Source: Telmatocola sphagniphila (GTDB lineage Bacteria > Planctomycetota > Planctomycetia > Gemmatales > Gemmataceae). From it: DNA of 32,000 nucleotides. The stretch lies in contig NZ_CP074694.1 in NCBI RefSeq assembly GCF_018398935.1, positions 1,440,001 through 1,472,000 on the forward strand. Direction: 5' to 3'. Position numbers and translations under genes: made by a program. Shown here in pieces: positions 17,220-25,247 of the stretch. Below the pieces are notes generated by a model, which ran no database searches, was not told where the DNA came from, and saw only the letters and a program-made list of their open reading frames with translations. Numbering within the stretch: position 1 is the first letter of the stretch; each line of letters opens with the position of its first letter.

Positions 17220-18159
17220 CCGTTCCAGTCTCCCCACCTGCCATGGATCCCAATGCCGCCCAGGTTTGTGCGGCGATTGAATTGGTGAAGAAACGAACAC
17301 TACCATCGGCCATCGCAGCGTTCACACCACCCGTATGTCGACTGCGTGCGGCGGCCCGTTGGGGGAAGCCGAGTGCTACGGGCATTAGGGGATCACCATT
17401 TTGCTGGAAATAGGAAGCGCTACTGACCAGATCGGGCGCTGTGGAATTCGGAGTGGTCAGAGTATGGAAGCGGAAAAATCCATCGTCATTGTGGATGTCT
17501 CCCCGCCAGTCGTCATCATTAGGATCCTTTGCGATCAGGCCTTCTGAAAACAAAAGGGTATTCGAAGTACCATCCGTTATACTGGCGAAATTAACGATTC
17601 CTGGCGTGGCTCGGTTCCCACCGATGTGATAGAAGGGGCCAAAATTTCCCGAAGTGGCCGTCCCAGTGGGAGGCGCGGCCGTGTCATCATAATAGGCGTT
17701 ACCCCAGTTCACCATGTAGTTGCCGCGGGTGCGCTGGTAATAACCGGTATTCTGGTCGATGACGCCATTGTCGCTCGGGCAGAGATAGATCGGAACATGC
17801 TGGCCACACAGACCATTCAGTGTGTTACCAATCGTTCCGGGCGGATTGTAGAACGGCTGCGTCAGATCGTTCTTCGAAGCCATGGCATTCTGTTCTACGA
17901 AGGCCCAGAGATACATTACCCAGGTCTGACGTGGGGAGTTGCAGGAGCCTAACGGAAACTTCCCTGTAGCATCGTGGAAGTTGTGAGTGGCCAGCGCCCA
18001 CTGTTTCAGATTATTCGAGCATTTCATGCGCGCCGCCGCTTCGCGGACCTTCTGAACGGCGGGTAGCAACAAGCCAATAAGGATAGCAATGATCGCGATG
18101 ACTACGAGAAGTTCTATCAAAGTGAATGCTTTGTGACTTCTCTTAACGAATAGTGGCAT
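17212..18159 (-). CDS. DUF1559 domain protein with type IV pilin-like N-terminal cleavage/methylation signal
   Basis: [44 protein letters not shown] is the canonical prepilin signal plus DUF1559 head. The C-terminal [15 protein letters not shown] is the family's conserved tail. Confidence 0.9.
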   Translation of the reverse strand: MPLFVKRSHKAFTLIELLVVIAIIAILIGLLLPAVQKVREAAARMKCSNNLKQWALATHNFHDATGKFPLGSCNSPRQTWVMYLWAFVEQNAMASKNDLTQPFYNPPGTIGNTLNGLCGQHVPIYLCPSDNGVIDQNTGYYQRTRGNYMVNWGNAYYDDTAAPPTGTATSGNFGPFYHIGGNRATPGIVNFASITDGTSNTLLFSEGLIAKDPNDDDWRGDIHNDDGFFRFHTLTTPNSTAPDLVSSASYFQQNGDPLMPVALGFPQRAAARSRHTGGVNAAMADGSVRFFTNSIAAQTWAALGSMAGGETGTDG

Positions 18160-18930
18160 GGAGAGAGCCTCTAAAAAGAAAAGAATAGGATCTGATGATA
18201 TTAACAGCTTCCGGAAATTCCGCTAGTAGAATATGCCCCCTTTCGAATTTTTATTCGCGTTGTCTGTAATGAAAAAATTGTACGGATTAGAATTTACAGC
18301 CAGTTTGCTCTAAATTGTGTGGTATGCCGTCGAAATTAGCTAAGGAAGTACTCAAATTAGTTGAGTTGAACTGAAGTTGGATTGCTTGGAGCCACTGCCA
18401 AATTCGGCGAGAGAGCGCAAATTATTGCCACGAGCGAAACAGTGCAGTTCTGACACGAGTACCTCGAAATGGCCTTCCCAGTGCCTCTGCCTTCAAATAA
18501 AGCGATTCTTGGGTGTAGACTGCCAATCGAGTCGCAAAAAATGGGAGAGGAGTTGAATTCGCAGTCTAAGAGCGAGAGAGTTTTGCCTCAACCGAAATTT
18601 TTAGTAATCGTAATAGGAGTTTTGCTGATGGCGGAACTGATTTTGTGCCAAGAGAACAAAGATCAGAAGTAGAGAAGCAAGTTCGATCATCCCTGAGAAA
18701 AAGCCTCGCATAAAAAACTCCTTTGGCCAAACTATGGATCCGGTCGGTCATCCCAATCCTGAAAAGGAGTGGTTGTGAGTCACTCCAAATAGGTCCGTGA
18801 ACGAATCCTAGTTCATGGGATAGCAAAAGGAAGGAATTGGGGTATCAGGAAATACCTGTAAGCGGCAGTTTTTGTGCACGAATTATTAATGATTGATGAG
18901 AAGTGAAGCGGTCGAACCGGTAGAGATAAT

Positions 18931-18975
18931 CAAAGTCTGGAGCGTTGGAAGGCAAGGCAGCCCGTCCAGACTTTG
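18931..18975 (-). terminator. hairpin downstream of the small basic protein gene
   Basis: CAAAGTCTGGA (18931-18941) pairs with TCCAGACTTTG (18965-18975): an 11-bp stem with a 23-nt loop, starting 23 nt after the stop at 18998. No U-tract, and the loop is large, so support is weak. Confidence 0.3.
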
Positions 18976-18997
18976 AAACCGATTGACTAGATCCTGC

Positions 18998-19330
18998 TTA
19001 GGCTTCCAGGAGTTCGACCAAACGTTTTAGCTGACCCATCCCGCCCAGTCGACGCGCCAGCTCCTTGACCTGATGAATCATTTCCACGGGATCCTTGATC
19101 CCCATTTGTTGTGTCTTGACAACATTGGCCGCGCGTTTTTCCCGCTTGGCCGTCTTATTCATTTTGCTCTTGATGATGTAGACGAAAGCGGGAGTGACTT
19201 TGACACCCTTTTCGGCTAGTGCATCCACAACCATCTTGTTCTTAGCTTTAGGATTCGCACGGATGTAATCGCGAATCTCTTCAGACTTGTTGACCTTCGG
19301 GGACTCTGCTTCGGGTTTTGCCTTAGCCAA
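18998..19330 (-). CDS. small lysine-rich basic protein, function unknown (possible nucleic-acid-binding protein)
   Basis: 110 codons. TTG start at 19330 with AAGGAGAG 5 nt upstream; the next in-frame ATG is codon 33. The sequence is K/R/A-rich (MAKAKPEAESPKVNK...KSKMNKTAKREKRAANVVK) with predicted helices. The gene stands isolated between two >700-nt non-coding regions. Confidence 0.55.
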   Translation of the reverse strand: MAKAKPEAESPKVNKSEEIRDYIRANPKAKNKMVVDALAEKGVKVTPAFVYIIKSKMNKTAKREKRAANVVKTQQMGIKDPVEMIHQVKELARRLGGMGQLKRLVELLEA

Positions 19331-19999
19331 GATTTCTCTCCTTTTTGTTTTGAAACCTGGGCAAAATAATCTTATGAACGTCTACTATACAAAAAAAACA
19401 CATACCTACCACATTTCTACGCTCTTTTTTTTAATTTTTTTATGTTTTCTATGCATAGGTCAAAGTGTTCGACCTTGAAAACTTTATAAGATCTCACCAC
19501 TCGGAGCTTAGTTCCAGTAGCTCGATCGATAGTTTCCAAGAGCGAAGTTTTAGTAAGTGCTGTTCGATGCTAAGCTCTAAATCCGTTAGCGTTATCGATC
19601 AAAGGACGGATCAAAAAGCTTCCGCGAATATCGAGATTTGTTTCAGATAGGAATTCGGGGAGACTCGTTTCTTTATTCGATTTGATCCTTCCATCGTTTG
19701 GGGCTACGGCGGAAAAAGTTTACCGTTTTAGACGCGTCGAACGTCTATAATCACTCTAAGTATTGGGCTACTACATCAGGAGATGGCCAAGCTAAACTGG
19801 AGTCTGCACAAACACTTGAGATTTCAAATTATAGCTATTAGTCGACCCGGTAGTAACAGCAACTTTCCCCTCCTTCCCGTATCGCATTCAATTCGTTTCT
19901 GGGCCCGAGCGAAAATCCTTACAGGATAATCTGAAATGTAACGAGCGACTTTATCTGAGGGATAGTGCTCTTCACTTTTTGCAGCCTGTCCCTTCGCTT

Positions 20000-20015
20000 T
20001 GGCACGACATATGCG
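20000..20015 (+). promoter_or_regulatory. sigma-54-type -24/-12 promoter candidate (TGGCACgacatATGCG)
   Basis: GG (20001-20002) and GC (20013-20014) have the invariant N10 spacing, and the -24 hexamer TGGCAC(G) is perfect. The -12 element is ATGC rather than TTGC. The predicted TSS near 20026 is ~19 nt before ATG 20045 and just upstream of its GGGAAGG SD. Confidence 0.3.
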
Positions 20016-20044
20016 TAAATTTGCGGAAATTCTTTGGGAAGGCT

Positions 20045-21781
20045 ATGAATTATCACGCTTTGGCTACGGATTACGATGGCACGATTGCCACCGATGGGGT
20101 GGTTTTCCCTGAAACACTCGCAGCACTTAAGAAATTCCGAGAATCGGGTCATCGTCTGATACTTGTCACAGGTCGCGAACTTCCCGACCTTTTTTCCACC
20201 TTCAAGCATTCGGAAATTTTTGATCGCATCATCGCCGAAAACGGCGCGGTGCTTTACGATCCGTCGACCAAAGAATCGCGTCTGCTCAGTTCGGCACCTC
20301 CCGAAAGCTTCCTGGAAGAACTCAAGCGTCGTGACATCGCTCCGATCTCGGAGGGCCAGGTGATTGTTGCCACCTGGGAGCCCCATCAGAATGAGGTCCT
20401 GCAGGTTATCCGGGAGATGGGATTGGGCTTGCAGGTGATTTTTAACAAAGGCGCTGTGATGGTTCTGCCCTCCGGCATCAACAAAGCGACGGGTTTGAAC
20501 GCTGCGTTGACCGAACTGAAACTTTCTCCTCACAATGTGGTCGGGGTTGGTGATGCGGAAAACGATCACTCGTTTCTGGAAATATGCGGTTGTTCCGTAG
20601 CTGTGGCAAACGCGCTACCCGCAGTCAAAGATCATTGCGATTTGGTGATGAAGACCGATCACGGAGCGGGAGTTGTCGAACTGATCGAAGGCCTACTCCA
20701 GGGGAGTTTAAACTTCAGCCCATTCAAATCGATTCCGTTGGGAGAGAACGAGAATAATCTGCCCGTTGCGTTGGATCTCTTGAACGAAGCTGTGCTGATT
20801 TGCGGTACGTCCGGTAGCGGGAAGTCGACTTTAGCCACTTCATTACTCGAACGAGTTTCGGCCGAAGGGCTTCAAATAGTGATTTTTGATCCGGAAGGAG
20901 ATTACAACTCGCTCGAGTTTTTAATCTCCCTGGGAAGTCCGGAGCGAATTCCACTCGTGGAGGAAGTCATTGACATCCTTAGGAATCCAGAACGAAATCT
21001 CTCGCTGAATTTGCTCGGAGTCGCCTTGGAGCATCGGCCCGAACTTTTTGCCGAGATGCTCAAACGAGTGTTAGAATTACGTTCTCGGACTGGCCATCCT
21101 CATTTGATCGTTGTCGACGAGACGCATCATTTGCTTCCCACCGATTGGAAGAAAGAACCTCATCTTTTCCAGCGGAATGGCAAGGGGATTCTTTACATTA
21201 CCGTGCACCCGGAATCGGTCGCCCGATCGGTATTAGAAACTGTGAATTCGGTTTTGGTAGTTGGAGAAAATCCTGAAGGTAAGATCCAGGATTTTTGCAG
21301 CGTTATTGACCGCCCGGTCCCTCCATTACCAGTCTTGGAATCCAAGTTGCCTTCAGGAACAGCACTCTTGTATCGCCGTGAACCTGAAGTGCTGTCTCTG
21401 GTCCGTACGGAAAAACCAACTGTACTCAGAAAAAGACATTCCAGAAAATACCCTGAGGGCAATTTGGGACCGGAACGAAGCTTCTATTTCCGAGGTCCCG
21501 ACGATAAGCTGAATCTTAAGGCCCACAATTTGATTCTGTTCGTTCAATTGGCGGATGGAGTTGATGATGAGACCTGGTTATTTCATCTGCATAAACAGGA
21601 CTATTCCGCTTGGCTCCGTCGGTATATCAAGAATTCGGATTTGGCTCTTGAGGTTTCTCAAATCGAACTGGATAAGTCGCTTTCTCCGATAGAATCTCGC
21701 TTAGCCATCCGTCGAGCAATCGAAGCGAATTACACTTTGCCGGCAGACCAACCTTCAGGACGGATCGATCCACAGAAATAG
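20045..21781 (+). CDS. fusion protein: N-terminal HAD-IIB (Cof-type) phosphatase domain + C-terminal HerA/FtsK-clade (DUF87-like) P-loop NTPase domain
   Basis: I prefer the ATG at 20045 (GGGAAGG SD) to TTG 19979. HAD motifs: DYDGT (20069-20083), LVTGR, GVGDAENDHSF. ATPase motifs: Walker A CGTSGSGKST (GTSGSGKST = 20804-20830), IFDPEGDY, Walker B LIVVDETHH (21104-21130). Confidence 0.85.
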   Translation: MNYHALATDYDGTIATDGVVFPETLAALKKFRESGHRLILVTGRELPDLFSTFKHSEIFDRIIAENGAVLYDPSTKESRLLSSAPPESFLEELKRRDIAPISEGQVIVATWEPHQNEVLQVIREMGLGLQVIFNKGAVMVLPSGINKATGLNAALTELKLSPHNVVGVGDAENDHSFLEICGCSVAVANALPAVKDHCDLVMKTDHGAGVVELIEGLLQGSLNFSPFKSIPLGENENNLPVALDLLNEAVLICGTSGSGKSTLATSLLERVSAEGLQIVIFDPEGDYNSLEFLISLGSPERIPLVEEVIDILRNPERNLSLNLLGVALEHRPELFAEMLKRVLELRSRTGHPHLIVVDETHHLLPTDWKKEPHLFQRNGKGILYITVHPESVARSVLETVNSVLVVGENPEGKIQDFCSVIDRPVPPLPVLESKLPSGTALLYRREPEVLSLVRTEKPTVLRKRHSRKYPEGNLGPERSFYFRGPDDKLNLKAHNLILFVQLADGVDDETWLFHLHKQDYSAWLRRYIKNSDLALEVSQIELDKSLSPIESRLAIRRAIEANYTLPADQPSGRIDPQK

Positions 21782-21800
21782 ATCGACTGCGAATGGAAAA

Positions 21801-21826
21801 GGGGCGAGCAGATTACTGCTCTCCCC
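21801..21826. terminator. hairpin between convergent genes (putative bidirectional terminator)
   Basis: GGGGCGAGCAG (21801-21811), loop ATTA, CTGCTCTCCCC (21816-21826): an 11-bp stem with one C/T mismatch. On the minus strand it is followed by TTTTCC. It lies between the stops at 21781 (+) and 21852 (-). Confidence 0.5.
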
Positions 21827-21851
21827 TTCGAAAGAGTTATTTGAACTGGGA

Positions 21852-22373
21852 TTACTTGCCGTCCATTCGTTTCAGGACAACTGTACATACAGATTTATTG
21901 CTGGGACGGTACGAAGAGGACGACTGGTTCGAATTCGTTCCGTTCGTTCCATTGTTTCGGGAAGTTCCATCTTTGTCTTTATCGCCGTGGACGCAGATCG
22001 CAAGGAAGTCTTTCGCCATCACGAACGTACCACTTTTCGCTTCCTTATAGGTAGTTTCATTCGTATTGGCGTTGTTGTTCTGATTGGCGCCAGTTGTGCC
22101 ATCTTTGGCTTCCCAGACCTGAACCATTCCATGAGGCTCGAACTGGATCTTCATCGTTTTGAAATGGGATTGATTGTCGTGACAAGTAATCACATTATTT
22201 TTGATCGTAACCTGTTTATCTTTTAGCTCGGACACAGGTTGACCGTCCTTTTCCAAACAAAGAACAGTCCAGGTGCCATCGAGAGAAGTGGAATCGGTAG
22301 CTTTCTCGGTTTGGCTTGGGGTGGGTGTTTGTCCAACGAATGCTAAAAGACTGCTGCATAGGATCGCGAACAT
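21852..22373 (-). CDS. secreted TIGR03067-like (planctomycete lipocalin-like) protein with N/T/G/S-rich low-complexity insertions
   Basis: The ATG at 22373 has AAGGAG 7 nt upstream (the track ORF extends to 22493). Signal peptide MFAILCSSLLAFVGQ. LDGTWTVLCLEKDGQPV...VTIKNN...GTFVMAKDFLAICV...VVLKR follows the TIGR03067 pattern as I remember it. Confidence 0.6.
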   Translation of the reverse strand: MFAILCSSLLAFVGQTPTPSQTEKATDSTSLDGTWTVLCLEKDGQPVSELKDKQVTIKNNVITCHDNQSHFKTMKIQFEPHGMVQVWEAKDGTTGANQNNNANTNETTYKEAKSGTFVMAKDFLAICVHGDKDKDGTSRNNGTNGTNSNQSSSSYRPSNKSVCTVVLKRMDGK

Positions 22374-22538
22374 GCTGAAACTCCTTGAACCAGAATAGTA
22401 AAAAAGCGTGCCTCTGGTTCTGTGCACGCCTGATTTCGATATTGCCTGCCTTCGGAGAGGAACAAATCCCATCGTTTTAGGTGAGTCCTTCACAGGCTCA
22501 CAAAGTGATGGAATTCAAGCAAATCTTAAGTAATTCGA

Positions 22539-22554
22539 TGCAAGAGTGGTGCCA
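22539..22554 (-). promoter_or_regulatory. sigma-54-type -24/-12 promoter, perfect consensus (TGGCACcactcTTGCA)
   Basis: The minus strand reads TTTGAC-TGGCAC-CACTC-TTGCA-T, which matches TGGCAC-N5-TTGCW with GG-N10-GC spacing. It is intergenic and points at the 22373 start; the predicted TSS near 22528 gives a ~155-nt leader. Confidence 0.55.
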
Positions 22555-22822
22555 GTCAAATTCGATTAGCTCGATTACATCAATCGCTCACATTGAGATA
22601 TTTCTACCTATTGGATCGGGTCTATTAGGGGCGTTCATCTCAAGAGCAAAATCTGCAATGTAGGTTATAGTTCGGATATTTTAATATGCAGTAAACAATA
22701 ATAGGTGAATCTGATTTCTTAGTACTGCGCAGCTCACTTCCCAAAAAATTGGATATCCCATTCGCTGTAGGTCGAAGCTCTTAAAAATGGTAAATTTCAC
22801 TAAATATAATTTATATTTGCGG

Positions 22823-22838
22823 TGGCACAGTATCTGCT
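22823..22838 (+). promoter_or_regulatory. sigma-54-type -24/-12 promoter candidate (TGGCACagtatCTGCT)
   Basis: Perfect -24 hexamer, correct GG-N10-GC spacing, -12 element CTGCT (4/5). The predicted TSS near 22849 is 30-40 nt before the 22878/22890 start. It is divergent from the 22554 promoter. Confidence 0.4.
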
Positions 22839-22889
22839 ATTTTCATATTTAAGATAATCAATGACAATCCTTATTAGTTGAGCATAGTA

Positions 22890-23363
22890 ATGAATTTCCT
22901 TGATATCGTTGATGCCACTCCTTCGGGGTCATCATCTAAAAATTATACGTTGCATTCACTTATTCGCTGCGAGCGAGCTGCTATCCACGCTTACGAGAAA
23001 ACGCTCGAAAGGTATCGGTGCGAATCACTCGCCTTCTATCTCAATCGGCTTAATGATGATCATCGAGAATTATTAGGTGAGTTGGAATCTTACAGAAATG
23101 AGGGTCTTTCTCACGATATTGCCCTTTTAGGTCCATGGAATTCTTTCGAAAAGATATCTTCAGTATGGGCATGCGATTTAGATAACGCCCTTTTATTTGA
23201 GTTGAAAGCGGCCGAAGCGGATTTGATACATTTCTATGAGGATGCTCTTGCTTCCACTCAACTCGACTCCGAAAGTCGGAAGCTGCTTAGATCCAAGCTC
23301 ATACCCTGGGGTTGGGATCATATCACGGAATTGGATTGGCTGATTGGACTGGAAGCGGCATAA
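22890..23363 (+). CDS. four-helix-bundle protein, ferritin-like / DUF2383 (PA2169)-type, function unknown
   Basis: ATG at 22890; the in-frame TTG at 22878 is the track start, and neither has a clear SD. Two repeats of the helix-pair pattern (CERAAIHAYEKTLERY...DDHRELLGELESY and ELKAAEADLIHFYEDALAS...) resemble DUF2383. The family call is tentative. Confidence 0.5.
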   Translation: MNFLDIVDATPSGSSSKNYTLHSLIRCERAAIHAYEKTLERYRCESLAFYLNRLNDDHRELLGELESYRNEGLSHDIALLGPWNSFEKISSVWACDLDNALLFELKAAEADLIHFYEDALASTQLDSESRKLLRSKLIPWGWDHITELDWLIGLEAA

Positions 23364-23604
23364 CACGAACCGCTAGATACTTACAACTTGACTCGCACTT
23401 CGTTGATTAACTAGTTTTCGATTCCTTGTTTAGATCTTTGATCACTCTCCGCCGTCCGATTTTGACAACAAATTGAGTTGTTTATTTTTGTTTTGAAAAC
23501 ATTTGCATACAGGTCCGAATCGGAAATTCACGAAATGCTATTTGGCATCGTCCAGGGATATCTTGTTTTAAGATTACTATTAGATCGCACTTCGGAGGTT
23601 AATC

Positions 23605-25128
23605 ATGGGCTGGAATAAAGAACGGCTACAAGAGGTGGCCCATAGCAGACTTGCCGGAGCGAAACTTATTATGGTGGTGAATAGAGAGCCCTACATTCAC
23701 CTTCATCAAAAAGAAAGAATTCATTGGATTCGACCCGCCGGTGGATTGACCACTGCTTTAGATCCAGTGATGCAGGCCTGCGGCGCGTTGTGGGTTGCCC
23801 ATGGCTCGGGCGATGCCGATCAGGAAGTTTCGGACGCAAAAGGGCGCATTGGAGTGCCCCCGGACGATCCGCGATATACCCTGAAGCGAATTTGGCTCAC
23901 TCTCAATGAAGAGAAGGGGTACTACTACGGCTTCGCCAATAGCAGTCTCTGGCCTCTGTGCCATCAGGTTTACTCTCGACCCACTTTCGATCCCGATCAT
24001 TGGGATATTTATCGCCGGGTTAACCATAAATTCGCTGAATCGATTTTAGAAGAGGTGGGAAACGAGCCGGCCTTGGTTTTTGTTCAGGATTATCATTTTG
24101 CGTTGCTTCCCAAAATTCTGAAAGACGCGCGGCCCGATCTCGTGGTGGCACAATTCTGGCATATCCCCTGGCCCAGCCCGGAGGTGTTTCGAGTATGTCC
24201 CTGGTATCAGGAGATTATCGAGGGAATGCTGGGAAATGATCTTCTGGCTTTTCACATTCAGAATCACTGTAATAATTTCCTGGATACAGTGGATCGAACT
24301 TTGGAGTGCCGGCTGGATTGGGAACATTTCAGCGTTTTGCGTAACGGCCATACCACGCGCGTGCGTCCCCATCCCATCAGTGTAGATCCTACTCTGAGCG
24401 AGGAGTATCTGGATCAGGACTGGCAGATTCGAGCCCGTCAATTTCGAGATAAATATCAATTAGGCGATCGAAAGCTGATCGTGGGAGTTGATCGACTGGA
24501 TTACACCAAGGGAATTCCTGAGCGGCTTCGGGCCGTCGATCGATTACTCATGACTCATCCGGAATGGGTGGAGAATTTTCATTTCGTTCAGATTGCCGCT
24601 CCCAGTCGAACGCTTCTGGATGCTTACCAATCCCTAACTCAAGAGGTTCAGACTCTCGTCGATGAGATTAACTTGAGATATGGGTCCTCCCATTGGCAAC
24701 CCGTTCTCTTTCTGAACGAACATCTCGGCCCCGAGGATGTCGCCGTCCTTTACAGGATGTCGGAGGGATGTGTGGTAAGTTCTCTTCACGATGGCATGAA
24801 CTTGGTTGCCAAAGAATTTGTCTGTGCCCGATCTGATGAGCAAGGTGTACTGGTTTTATCTGAATTTACCGGTGCGGCCCGCGAGTTGACCGATGCGATT
24901 ATCGTCAATCCCTATGATGTTTCGCAGCTTTCGGATGGCATGCATTCGATACTGACAATGCCTGCCGCGGAGCAGTCTAAACGCATGAAAAAGATGAGAG
25001 CCGAGGTACAGGACAAGAATATTTATCGATGGGCAGGCATGCTGCTCTCTGAGGCTTTGAAACTCGTGGAATCTACTCCGAGCGAAAACTTGGAAAAAGA
25101 GAGTCTTAGCACAGAATTTGCTGCGTAA
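23605..25128 (+). CDS. otsA: GT20-family glycosyltransferase: trehalose-6-phosphate synthase (glucosylglycerol-phosphate synthase-like subgroup not excluded)
   Basis: ATG at 23605 with GGAGG 6 nt upstream. GT20 hallmarks: [62 protein letters not shown]. The NREPY-type N-terminus also occurs in GgpS, so the acceptor specificity is uncertain. Confidence 0.85.
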   Translation: MGWNKERLQEVAHSRLAGAKLIMVVNREPYIHLHQKERIHWIRPAGGLTTALDPVMQACGALWVAHGSGDADQEVSDAKGRIGVPPDDPRYTLKRIWLTLNEEKGYYYGFANSSLWPLCHQVYSRPTFDPDHWDIYRRVNHKFAESILEEVGNEPALVFVQDYHFALLPKILKDARPDLVVAQFWHIPWPSPEVFRVCPWYQEIIEGMLGNDLLAFHIQNHCNNFLDTVDRTLECRLDWEHFSVLRNGHTTRVRPHPISVDPTLSEEYLDQDWQIRARQFRDKYQLGDRKLIVGVDRLDYTKGIPERLRAVDRLLMTHPEWVENFHFVQIAAPSRTLLDAYQSLTQEVQTLVDEINLRYGSSHWQPVLFLNEHLGPEDVAVLYRMSEGCVVSSLHDGMNLVAKEFVCARSDEQGVLVLSEFTGAARELTDAIIVNPYDVSQLSDGMHSILTMPAAEQSKRMKKMRAEVQDKNIYRWAGMLLSEALKLVESTPSENLEKESLSTEFAA

Positions 25129-25186
25129 GAGAGGACCGTCATATCAAAGAATCCTCTCCAAACTCCTCTCAAACTCAATTTCAATC

Positions 25187-25226
25187 GGGAGAAGTCGTTC
25201 AACGGCTTCTCCCCTTTTATTTTTCT
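25187..25226 (+). terminator. rho-independent terminator after the GT20 gene
   Basis: GGGAGAAGTCGTT (from 25187) pairs with AACGGCTTCTCCC (to 25213), a GC-rich stem of ~11-13 bp including one G-U. It is followed by CTTTTATTTTTCTC. It also lies 35 nt beyond the stop of the convergent 25248 gene. Confidence 0.7.
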
Positions 25227-25247
25227 CAAATCAATAGTCGAGACAGC

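Noticed and set aside
18680-18700. tRNA T-loop-like strings: GTTCGATCA near 18690 and GGTTCGAATTC near 21917.
   Set aside because: No complementary acceptor or T-stem sequences flank either one, and the second lies inside a CDS. I found no tRNA gene in the window.
18469-18826. Small ORFs in the long non-coding region: 18469..18672 (+, 67 aa, with one hydrophobic stretch) and 18566..18826 (-, 86 aa).
   Set aside because: They have no SD, overlap each other on opposite strands, carry no recognisable motif and have odd composition. I kept the region as unexplained non-coding DNA under the 18160-20044 finding.
24146-24161. Additional partial sigma-54-like matches with GG-N10-GC spacing: TGGCACaattcTGGCA at 24146-24161 (+) and TGGCACcaatcGTGCG at 10749-10764 (-).
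   Set aside because: Both lie inside coding sequence (the second antisense to the permease) and have poor -12 elements. TGGCAC arises easily from common codons, so these are probably chance.
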